A stretch of DNA of 64,000 nucleotides from an uncultured Rhabdochlamydiaceae bacterium. GTDB taxonomy: Bacteria; Chlamydiota; Chlamydiia; Chlamydiales; Rhabdochlamydiaceae. The stretch covers positions 712,362 through 776,361 of the forward strand of contig CAVQHD010000001.1 in the NCBI GenBank assembly GCA_963712275.1, written 5' to 3'. The translations under genes and the position numbers were made by a program. Below are positions 1 through 7,850 of this stretch, in pieces. Each line of letters opens with the position of its first letter. Within the stretch, counting starts at the first letter, position 1. Under the pieces are notes generated by a model, which was not told where the DNA came from, did not search any database, and was given only the letters and a program-made list of their open reading frames with translations.

Positions 1-932
1 GCGGCGCCACCGCCCCCACCTCCAAATCCTCCATTGGATGCGGGGCCAGACCTACCCCCATTATCCCCACCGCCACCGCCACCGCCATCTCCACCATTCC
101 CTCCTGAGCAATAAGCAGTACCCCCACCGCCACCGCCAATCCCACCATCTCCTCCTGGGCATCCTCCCGCGCCCCCATTAGGCCCTCCACCACTTGGAAG
201 TCCAAATGATGGATTATCGCCACCATTTCCAATAAATCCTCCTCCACCTGCCCCTGCTTCAACAGCCGCAACAGGAGAATCTGATGCATTTCCTCCATTT
301 CCTTGTAAGCCCCCTCCCCCTCCAAAAGTCATTATACCACCATTATACATGGCGGTTCCATCACCTCCATTTCCAAAAATCCCTCCGCCACCTCCCAGTC
401 CAACACTATAGTATGGAGAAGAAGGTGTTCCGTGACCTCCAATACCCCCATGGGCAGTATTTGAATTGAAGCTTACATTATCTAAAGTAATTGTCGCCCC
501 AGGTGGAACAAAAACAGCGCCTCCGAGCCCTGCTCCGCCTCCCCCTGCGAGCGGTGAATTTTGACTCCCGGAGCCGCCAGTCACTTGAGCATTGTTAATG
601 GTCATGTTGGAGATATTGATCGAACTTAAAGTCGTTCCGGGGTCGTAGAAGAAAAAAGCACGATAGCTGCCATTGGCATTAAGAACTTGAGGTATCGCAG
701 GGCCGACAATAGTTGTCTGATTCGTAATAATAGGCAAAGAGCTTTGAAGTATAATAACCCCTAGGCCAGAATTGATGTTAATGGTATTCGATCCCCCCGC
801 AGTATTTGAGTCCAGGATGGCTTGGCGAAGTGAGCCGGCTCCTGAATCACTATTGTTGTCCACTGTGAATGTGGCGCTAAATAATGAAAAAGTAAAAAAA
901 GAAGAGAAAAATAAGATTAATGTTTTCGACAC
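1..932 (-). CDS. Secreted glycine-rich Pmp-like (polymorphic membrane protein / autotransporter-passenger-like) protein, N-terminal part; ORF continues beyond the window start
   Basis: My own minus-strand translation from GTG at 932-930 gives MSKTLILFFSSFFTFSLFSATFTVDNNSDSGAGSLRQAILDSN..., a signal-peptide-like start. It continues with GLGGAVFVPPGATITLDNVSFNSN (GGA[ILV] and FxxN Pmp-type motifs) and long GGxGG runs, encoded by the CCACCGCC-rich plus strand at 1-450. The frame has no stop down to position 1. It is missing from the ORF track because it is open-ended. Confidence 0.6.
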   Translation of the reverse strand, partial: MSKTLILFFSSFFTFSLFSATFTVDNNSDSGAGSLRQAILDSNTAGGSNTININSGLGVIILQSSLPIITNQTTIVGPAIPQVLNANGSYRAFFFYDPGTTLSSINISNMTINNAQVTGGSGSQNSPLAGGGGAGLGGAVFVPPGATITLDNVSFNSNTAHGGIGGHGTPSSPYYSVGLGGGGGIFGNGGDGTAMYNGGIMTFGGGGGLQGNGGNASDSPVAAVEAGAGGGGFIGNGGDNPSFGLPSGGGPNGGAGGCPGGDGGIGGGGGGTAYCSGGNGGDGGGGGGGDNGGRSGPASNGGFGGGGGGA

Positions 933-1016
933 ACAACCCCTCAAGACAGCTGTATAACAATTTTTATATTACAATTAAAGCTAAAATTTCAATAGAGGTT
1001 GGGGGTTTGAAATCAT

Positions 1017-1106
1017 CGGAAAGAGTGGGATTTGAACCCACGGTACCCCTTAACGGAGTACGCGTCCTTAGCAGGGACGTGCCTTCGGCCACTCAGCCAT
1101 CTTTCC
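1017..1106 (-). tRNA. tRNA-Ser (anticodon GCU), long variable arm
   Basis: The reverse complement is GGAAAGATGGCTGAGTGGCCGAAGGCACGTCCCTGCTAAGGACGCGTACTCCGTTAAGGGGTACCGTGGGTTCAAATCCCACTCTTTCCG. Acceptor stem is GGAAAGA/TCTTTCC. Anticodon stem is CGTCC/GGACG with loop CTGCTAA. A GTTCAAATCC T-loop and a long extra arm are present. Confidence 0.9.
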
Positions 1107-1142
1107 ATCTAGGAGGAGATATGTTAACGTCCTGCTTTGAAT

Positions 1143-1308
1143 TAAGCAAGTCCGCCTAAATATTTATCAAAAATTTCTAGCCAATTTTCGCGATCTTTCA
1201 TGCGTATCTCCTCGGCCGTGTCTACCGACACTGTCCTCGTCGTCTTGCATGAAATCTCATCGAAAATTGGCTAGAAATTTTTGATAAATATTTAGGCGGA
1301 CTTGCTTA
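1143..1308. repeat. 166-bp nested palindromic element (family A, copy A1)
   Basis: Perfect 48-bp arms: TAAGCAAGTCCGCCTAAATATTTATCAAAAATTTCTAGCCAATTTTCG (1143-1190) and its reverse complement (1261-1308). They flank a 70-bp partly self-complementary centre. It shares AGCCAATTTTCGC with copy A4. The right arm contains the TAA stop (1308-1306) of CDS 1306..2142. Confidence 0.8.
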
Positions 1309-2142
1309 GTCAATGAACTGAGAACGGGTCATCCGCTGACCATTGAGGGCATTCCAATGGCTGGTATGGATCGAGCCGTCTGGATTTTGAACGATGATGC
1401 TGTGAACGGGAAGGTAAATATCAGTCATTTTTCGAATTGCAAAATTTTGACCGAAGGCGGCGCGGGCGATTTTTTCAATTTGCGAGGGGGAAAATCGTTT
1501 GTGCAGGCGGATGGCGTCTTTATACGGTTTTGTGACGAGACGTTCATCGACCTGCGTTTCAGGAGACATCCGAAGTCGAGGATTTTGAAAGTGAAGACGG
1601 TAGTGGTTGCCAGCTTGGATAATCAGCTGTTTTTTACGGCAGCTATCGATCCATCCATCCAAAATCTCATGCTCGACATTGAGCGCTTTGCTGAGCCCCT
1701 CGCGGTCAAGGGCGCCTCCTTTACGAGCCAGTAAATTGAGGATTTTAAATTCTTGCGGTGTGGCACCGGCTTCAATGCAGTCACCAAGACCGTGGGTTTT
1801 TTCCCAGTTCTTTGTGCTGGTGACCATTTCCCCGTCGGTCATGTCCCATAAAATCACGCTTTCTTTTGTTTTTTCATCAGATAATGTGTATTTAACTTCC
1901 ATCAAGAGATAGGGGTAAAACTCCAGGAGAGGGTCGAGGTATCGATGTCTACTATCTTTGAGGAGCTCCCGCCTGTGCTGTTCCATGATTTGATTGGCGT
2001 TATACCGGAGCTCCAGGGTAGGAAAATGCCCCAAATCCAAGACTTCTGCAACTTTTGTTTTCACCTGAGGGTGGTTGTTGGAGACAATCCATACGCCATA
2101 CCCTCCGGCGACTAAAGCAAGTAGTGTAGCCAACATTCTCAT
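1306..2142 (-). CDS. Hypothetical membrane-anchored protein (single N-terminal hydrophobic helix)
   Basis: 278-aa ORF. N-terminus is MRMLATLLALVAGGYGVWIV. I recognise no family. The antisense ORFs inside it are shorter. Confidence 0.55.
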   Translation of the reverse strand: MRMLATLLALVAGGYGVWIVSNNHPQVKTKVAEVLDLGHFPTLELRYNANQIMEQHRRELLKDSRHRYLDPLLEFYPYLLMEVKYTLSDEKTKESVILWDMTDGEMVTSTKNWEKTHGLGDCIEAGATPQEFKILNLLARKGGALDREGLSKALNVEHEILDGWIDSCRKKQLIIQAGNHYRLHFQNPRLRMSPETQVDERLVTKPYKDAIRLHKRFSPSQIEKIARAAFGQNFAIRKMTDIYLPVHSIIVQNPDGSIHTSHWNALNGQRMTRSQFID

Positions 2143-2372
2143 GATCTTTATTTTAGAGATATAACAGAGGAGCTTTCAAAAGTCTATACCTCTTCCAGCT
2201 GAATGGCAACCATTAGGACTGAGTTGAAAGACTTATCCTACAAGGCTTTTTAACTCCCTCATCTACAGGCTGATAAGCTCATTGTTCAAGTTATTAACAG
2301 AATATTTATAATTTAATGTTGATTTTTTAATAAAAATTATATATAATTAGTATTATATATTTATAAGGTTCT

Positions 2373-3266
2373 ATGTTTATAAGCAATAACTTTTCCAGTT
2401 TTGTTATGGGTTTTTCGGTCGCCTCACTCTCCACATACAAGGCTGTGAATTACATTGCAGATCACGGAGTCTTCGAAATAGCAAACATCTGTTTAACTCA
2501 TCCTAATATTATCCCCGCATTAATAGAAAAAGTTCAGCTTTCTGATAAAGTATTGATTCTGTGTTTGAATTTGTTTTATAATACAAGGTTTGGTCTATGT
2601 TTGCTTTTGCTTTATATCAGAAGAAAACAAAAAATGAGCGATATTTCTGCACAGTTTGGAAAGCGTGTCACACTATGGTCTACTTCTCCATGTGATCACA
2701 ATAGAGCGTTATTTGCCGGAAGAACTATTTGCCTTTTTAAGCATTATCTATTTAACTCTCGCCCGGTTGTAGCAATCACTCCAAGCAATTTGGATGACCT
2801 AGAGAAAAAAATCGAGGAGGTTCATGCTCAAGGCAAGGAAATCGATAATATAATCTTTCACGGTCACTCATCACCTCTTAGCATGAGACTAACTAATTTT
2901 ATTATTAAAGTTCCTGATCATCCTGACTTTGACACCAACAATTATTTTCTTTCCAGATACAACAGCATTCCAAAGGCTGACGAATTTGAATCTTTCGAAA
3001 GATTTGTCGACATAATCAAAAAAACGTTGATCCCTGGAGGAAGGGTATTTTTGAGAGGGTGTTGTACGGCTGTTGAGACAGAGCATCCCGAGAAAAATCT
3101 TACTTCTGCTTTAGCGAAGCGCCTGCCGCAATATCGTGTGAGTGGAACAACAAGGTATGTATATCCACTTCAGGATATCATTGATATGACTGACGATTCA
3201 GATGTCCTACTAGGATCAGATGTCCTACTAGGAGATGTGTTCAAAGAAATACAAAATGCCCAGTAA
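2373..3266 (+). CDS. Hypothetical protein in an AT-rich segment; C-terminal half loosely resembles DUF4347
   Basis: 297-aa ORF. Motifs IIFHGHSSPLSMRL and GGRVFLRGCCTA recall the HG..G and GC.vA pattern of DUF4347. The true start may be the internal MSDISAQF near 2635. An 18-bp tandem duplication at about 3196-3231 gives SDVLLGSDVLLG. Confidence 0.45.
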   Translation: MFISNNFSSFVMGFSVASLSTYKAVNYIADHGVFEIANICLTHPNIIPALIEKVQLSDKVLILCLNLFYNTRFGLCLLLLYIRRKQKMSDISAQFGKRVTLWSTSPCDHNRALFAGRTICLFKHYLFNSRPVVAITPSNLDDLEKKIEEVHAQGKEIDNIIFHGHSSPLSMRLTNFIIKVPDHPDFDTNNYFLSRYNSIPKADEFESFERFVDIIKKTLIPGGRVFLRGCCTAVETEHPEKNLTSALAKRLPQYRVSGTTRYVYPLQDIIDMTDDSDVLLGSDVLLGDVFKEIQNAQ

Positions 3267-3436
3267 TAGACCTCTTGCGTAACTAAGGGTTCGTCGATTT
3301 TCTGGTTCTTTTGAGCGATTTTCAATTCTTTTTGCAGGGTTAATATACGAAGTTGATATTAACCCTGCAAAAAGAATTAAAAATCGGCCAAAATAATCCA
3401 GAAAATCGACAGAACCTTAGTTACGCAAGAGGTCTA
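3267..3436. repeat. 170-bp nested palindromic element (family A, copy A2)
   Basis: TAGACCTCTTGCGTAACTAAGGGTTCGTCGATTTTCTGG...CCAGAAAATCGACAGAACCTTAGTTACGCAAGAGGTCTA. It fills the spacer between convergent stop codons at 3264-3266 and 3441-3443. Confidence 0.85.
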
Positions 3437-3440
3437 ATAT

Positions 3441-4316
3441 TCAAAGGAGCTCTATTTGTTCATGGAAATAAGCATGAAGCTCAGATGAGTGTGCTGCTAG
3501 GTAGGTTATGAGAGGATGAGTCACCCGAAGGATTTCTTCTTGAACGTTTAAGCCTTCTTTTTCTTGAAATCGTCCAATATCAATGTGGATGGCACTTTCT
3601 TCGAGCCAGCCATAGTTGTCGTTATCCATGTTATCAAGATCTGTCAGGTTATGGCGGCACCGTTTTTCAATCATATGGATCAGCTCGCGTATCATGTGCT
3701 TGCATGTGTCGTGCTTTTCAAGGGAGAGTGCTTTTTTAAAAGCAGGCAGAAAAGAGACTGCTTTTTTTTGGACGATAAATGCGATGGAATCAAGGGGAAG
3801 ATTATAATGAGAGCCTAGAGAATCAATAAGGTGGGCTTTTTGATGGAGATGAGACGTCGGTCTTAGGTGGACGTAGAGGAGTGCTGTTTCTTTTGGTAGA
3901 AGCTGAGCTGCGAGAAAGAAACTGTGGAAGGAAAGCTGGAGCCGTTTGAGGTTATACTCTTTAACGGCCCTGCGAGAGGTTGACATGAGGTACCCCAAAG
4001 GGTGATGAGTCCATGGAAAGCGTCGGAGATGGGAGGGGTATCGATAAAACTTGATCACTGTTTGCCGGTCTTCGCTTTCAAAGACAAACGATTGGGCTCC
4101 TTTTCCAAGGTAATAAAACGGCTTAGAAAAGATCTCTTTCGGAAAGGTCATGGGGGGATTATGCTCTGGTAGAGAAGGGATCGGCGCTTCGATGATATGC
4201 AGGCAAAATCCTTTATTTGCCTTCCATAGACATCTGTCAAGGATGCTCACAAGTGCGATAAAGAGGACTAATGGGAGGAGTTTCTTACTCTTTGATACGA
4301 ATCCGGGCATAATCAA
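3441..4316 (-). CDS. Hypothetical membrane-anchored protein with an atypical kinase-like pattern
   Basis: 291 aa with an N-terminal hydrophobic helix. LGKGAQSFVFESEDRQTVIKFY resembles a Gly-rich loop plus VxK. HNLTDLDNMDNDN and HIDIGRF resemble catalytic and metal-binding loops. This is pattern resemblance only. Confidence 0.45.
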   Translation of the reverse strand: MIMPGFVSKSKKLLPLVLFIALVSILDRCLWKANKGFCLHIIEAPIPSLPEHNPPMTFPKEIFSKPFYYLGKGAQSFVFESEDRQTVIKFYRYPSHLRRFPWTHHPLGYLMSTSRRAVKEYNLKRLQLSFHSFFLAAQLLPKETALLYVHLRPTSHLHQKAHLIDSLGSHYNLPLDSIAFIVQKKAVSFLPAFKKALSLEKHDTCKHMIRELIHMIEKRCRHNLTDLDNMDNDNYGWLEESAIHIDIGRFQEKEGLNVQEEILRVTHPLITYLAAHSSELHAYFHEQIELL

Positions 4317-5874
4317 AGGCTCCTTTAGGAGATCCTTCCGGGCAGGTTAAATGGTCTTTAATCATAAAGGAAGTTTTCCAATGGTAGATGGGGGTGAGCG
4401 GCATTTCTTCAAGAAGAAGAGCTTCGGCGGCTTTAAGGGTTTCAGCCCGTTTTTGAGGCGTCTTGTCATAAGCAGATTCATCCAAAAGACGAATATAATC
4501 GGGATGCTCCCAGCCAGGATAATTTTTGGCATTTGTCTTGAATTTAAACCGCTCAAAAATGTTCATGGGATCGTTGTATTGCGCCATCCAAAAGGCATGC
4601 GCCAGATCGTAGGAGCGGTTTTTTAATCGGTCGAGAAGGACCTGGTGCTCGCAGCTCTGGAGATTGACGCGCACGCCAAGGCCGCTCATCCACTGCTCTT
4701 GCAAGACTTGAACCAATTTATGGTTGACCTCGGAGTAGGTGTAGTCTAGTGTCAGAGATGGGAATTGATTTAACGTGATGCCGAGCTCTTCAAGTCCTTT
4801 TTTCAAATGATGCTTCGCTCGTGGAAGATCGAAATCCTGAAACAGGGCTGAAGGTTCTAGAGAGCTAAGAATCGGATGGATGAGCCGCGTAGCGGCTTCT
4901 TCACCAAGCTGGGTGATATTTTGAACGATTTGAGAGCGGTTAATGGAATAGGCAAACGCTTTTCGAATATGGGGATTGTTAAAAGGGAATCGATTGACGT
5001 TGAAGCAGACGATGGTCGTTCCTGGAGTGGACTCAGTTTTAAGAAGGCCCTGCTTGAAGTAATGGATAAGAGCATCTGTGGGAAGTGGGGAAAGGCCTCG
5101 TCCAATGATATCGAGCTCTCCGTTTTCATACAGAGTCAAGGCTGTATTTTCATCTCCAATCATGCTCACGGTAATCTGGTCTAAATGAATATAAGGGGCC
5201 TCCCAATAGTGGTTGTTTTTTTCAAAGATGAGTTCTCGATGATGGGTCCACGATTTTAATTGAAAGGGGCCGTTGGATATAAAATGGGGAGAAGCGTCAT
5301 GCATCCAATTGGGATAGTCTTGATCCATTTGGTGATGGACGGGGAAAAAGACGCAAAAGGAGATCAGATCGAGAAAATAGGGAGTGGGTCTCTCAAGTTG
5401 AACGACGAATGTAAAATCATCTTTTGAATAAATTCCCAGAGCATCGATGGGGAGCTCTCCTTTTTTTACTTTTTCACCATTTTTAATGGGGTAAAGAAGG
5501 GGAGCATTAGCAGCTCCAAATTGCGGGGAGATGATTTTTTTCCAGGCCCATTCGAAGTCTTGTGCTGTGACATAAGATCCGTCAGACCAGCGGGCTTTTC
5601 TTAAATGGAAGGTGTATGTGAGTCGATCGTCGGAGATTTCAATGGAGCGGGCTTGTGCAGGAGTGACAGTTCCATCTGGATTGAGGCGCACAAGCCCTTC
5701 ATAGAGCAAATATTGCATGGATGACCCAATCAGCTCGCTCCCTTTCCGAGGATCAAGCGTCGCAGGCTCGCGGCTGATATTCATCCGGAGCGTATGAGGT
5801 GGTTTAGAAGGAGGCTGAGAATGGCATCCCATTAAGCATAGAATATAGACAAACCACTTCCATCGGCTTTTCAT
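4285..5874 (-). CDS. oppA: ABC transporter oligopeptide-binding lipoprotein (solute-binding protein family 5)
   Basis: 529 aa. Lipobox LCLMGC at the N-terminus. Overall SBP_bac_5 / OppA-DppA-like sequence. ATGA overlap with the rho stop. Confidence 0.85.
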   Translation of the reverse strand: MKSRWKWFVYILCLMGCHSQPPSKPPHTLRMNISREPATLDPRKGSELIGSSMQYLLYEGLVRLNPDGTVTPAQARSIEISDDRLTYTFHLRKARWSDGSYVTAQDFEWAWKKIISPQFGAANAPLLYPIKNGEKVKKGELPIDALGIYSKDDFTFVVQLERPTPYFLDLISFCVFFPVHHQMDQDYPNWMHDASPHFISNGPFQLKSWTHHRELIFEKNNHYWEAPYIHLDQITVSMIGDENTALTLYENGELDIIGRGLSPLPTDALIHYFKQGLLKTESTPGTTIVCFNVNRFPFNNPHIRKAFAYSINRSQIVQNITQLGEEAATRLIHPILSSLEPSALFQDFDLPRAKHHLKKGLEELGITLNQFPSLTLDYTYSEVNHKLVQVLQEQWMSGLGVRVNLQSCEHQVLLDRLKNRSYDLAHAFWMAQYNDPMNIFERFKFKTNAKNYPGWEHPDYIRLLDESAYDKTPQKRAETLKAAEALLLEEMPLTPIYHWKTSFMIKDHLTCPEGSPKGAFDYARIRIKE

Positions 5875-7247
5875 CAGTCTTTCATGCTTTTCATAGAGAG
5901 GAGGAACTCGATATTATTATTGCTCTTTTTAAGCCGGTTTAAGAAAACATTCATTGCATCCTGCGGCGACAGATCATTCAAAACTGCACGTAAGTGGTAA
6001 ATGCTTTCGAGCTCATCAGGATGGAGAAGAAGTTCTTCCTTACGGGTTCCGCTTTTATTGGGGTCGACAGCGGGCCATGTCCGTCTTTCGGCAAGGCGCC
6101 TGTCAAGGACGATTTCCGAATTGCCGGTTCCTTTGAACTCTTCAAAAATCACCTCATCCATGCGAGAGCCTGTGTCGATAAGAGCGGTGGCTATAATCGT
6201 GAGAGAGCCTCCCTCCTCGACATTCCGGGCTGCTCCAAAAAACCGCTTAGGCTTATGAAGGGCGTTTGCATCGATACCCCCCGTTAAGATTTTTCCTGAA
6301 TGGGGCTGAACGGTGTTGTAGGCGCGGGCAAGGCGGGTGAGAGAGTCCAGCAAAATCACGACGTCATGATGGTATTCAACAAGCCGGCGGGCTTTCTCAA
6401 TTGCCATTTCTGCAATTTGAACGTGCCGCTCTGGGGGTTCATCAAAGGTCGAAGAGACGACTTCTCCTTTGACGCTTCGTATCATGTCGGTGACTTCTTC
6501 AGGCCGTTCATCGATCAGAAGGACAATCAACACGACTTTAGGATTATTGGTGGCAATGGCATTGGCGATGTTTTGTAAAATGACAGTTTTCCCTGAACGT
6601 GGAGGGGCAACAATAAGACCGCGCTGCCCCATTCCAATAGGAGATACGAGGTCGAGAACGCGCGTTGTGAGCTTTTCTTTTGTGGTTTCCATCACGAGTC
6701 GTCGATTCGGATAGAGAGGCGTTAAGTTTTCAAACAAAATCCGATCTCGGGCTACCTCTGGAGGTTCGTTGTTAATTTTATCGACTTTGAGAAGGGCAAA
6801 GTATTTTTCTTTTTCTTTAGGAGATCGAATAGGTCCGTAGACGGTATCTCCTTTCTTAAGATCAAAACGTCGAATTTGAGCAGGAGAGACGTAAATATCT
6901 TCTGCAGAAGGCAGATAGTTATAATTCGGGGATCGAAGAAACCCAAATCCGTCGGGAAGGACTTCTAGAACTCCTTCTCCAACTAAGATTTCTGTGGGAT
7001 GCTCTGACTTGGCTTTGACGATTTCAAAAACGATTTGGGACTTTGTCAGAGACCCTAGATGTTTAAGTCCCATATCGCGAGCAACAAGATTGAGTTGATC
7101 GATATTCATCCGCTGAAGGTCAGCGATTTTTGTGATCTGCTCTTGCCCAGTTACTGGTCTCATTTCTTGGCCTGGTGGAGATAAGACAGGCTCCATCTCA
7201 GGTGAGGAAGACTCCGAGGTTGTCGAAGTTGGATCATCGGGTTTCAT
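5874..7247 (-). CDS. rho: Transcription termination factor Rho
   Basis: 457 aa. Rho N-terminal and cold-shock-like domain ([14 protein letters not shown]). Walker A (APPRSGKT). Conserved C-terminal RecA-like region. Confidence 0.97.
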   Translation of the reverse strand: MKPDDPTSTTSESSSPEMEPVLSPPGQEMRPVTGQEQITKIADLQRMNIDQLNLVARDMGLKHLGSLTKSQIVFEIVKAKSEHPTEILVGEGVLEVLPDGFGFLRSPNYNYLPSAEDIYVSPAQIRRFDLKKGDTVYGPIRSPKEKEKYFALLKVDKINNEPPEVARDRILFENLTPLYPNRRLVMETTKEKLTTRVLDLVSPIGMGQRGLIVAPPRSGKTVILQNIANAIATNNPKVVLIVLLIDERPEEVTDMIRSVKGEVVSSTFDEPPERHVQIAEMAIEKARRLVEYHHDVVILLDSLTRLARAYNTVQPHSGKILTGGIDANALHKPKRFFGAARNVEEGGSLTIIATALIDTGSRMDEVIFEEFKGTGNSEIVLDRRLAERRTWPAVDPNKSGTRKEELLLHPDELESIYHLRAVLNDLSPQDAMNVFLNRLKKSNNNIEFLLSMKSMKD

Positions 7248-7850
7248 TCATGCTCCTTTAATAAGTTTGGGGATAAGGAGGGCAACTTCTGCTTTTAAAG
7301 CAGCGAGATCTCCCTGGTTTGTAATCACGTAGTCTGCTTGCGCCTCTTTTGTAGATTGAGAGAGCTGAAAGCGGGATCGCCGGTCGAACTCTTCAGTACT
7401 AGAAGCTCTTTTTCTGGCAATTGCTGGATCGGTAACGACAGCGACCACCATATCAAAGTCATCTCGCATATGGGCTTCATCTAGCAAGGGTACCTCGGCA
7501 ACAAAAAATCGGTATGACTCATTTTTAGAGACCGTTTCAAAGAGTCGATTGATTTCTTGTCGAACAACAGGATGTAAAATAGCTTCTAAAGCTTGAAGCT
7601 TTGATGGGTTTGAAAACACAATATTTGAAATCTTTTTTCTACTGATTTGGTTTCCGGTGAGGACTTCTGGTCCTAGAAGTTTAATGACTTGCTCTCCGCA
7701 TGAAGTCTTAGGCGATAAGAGGCGGTGCACAACTGCATCCGCATCAACGACATAAGCTCCATATTCTTGTAGCAATCGACAAACAGTCGATTTGCCGCTC
7801 GAAATAATGCCCGTAACAGCAATTTTTCTCAAGACTAACATTCTCCCCAA
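7248..7850 (-). CDS. coaE: Dephospho-CoA kinase
   Basis: 200 aa. GIISSGKST P-loop and VVDADAVVH motif. The start is probably a few codons downstream of 7850 because it overlaps the polA end. Confidence 0.9.
   Translation of the reverse strand: MGRMLVLRKIAVTGIISSGKSTVCRLLQEYGAYVVDADAVVHRLLSPKTSCGEQVIKLLGPEVLTGNQISRKKISNIVFSNPSKLQALEAILHPVVRQEINRLFETVSKNESYRFFVAEVPLLDEAHMRDDFDMVVAVVTDPAIARKRASSTEEFDRRSRFQLSQSTKEAQADYVITNQGDLAALKAEVALLIPKLIKGA

Noticed and set aside
920-1159. A 79-aa plus-strand ORF overlapping the tRNA-Ser region.
   Set aside because: It runs antisense through a well-formed tRNA gene and into palindrome A1. It has no coding support.
3341-3360. The centre of palindromes A2 (TATACGAAGTTGAT) and A4 (54946-54960, ATCAACTTTCGTATA) resembles a loxP arm (ATAACTTCGTATA) at 12 of 13 positions.
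   Set aside because: There is only a single half-site in the hairpin loop, with no second arm or 8-bp spacer arrangement. No tyrosine recombinase gene lies in the window. A match of this quality to one remembered 13-mer is plausible by chance in 128 kb of two-strand sequence.
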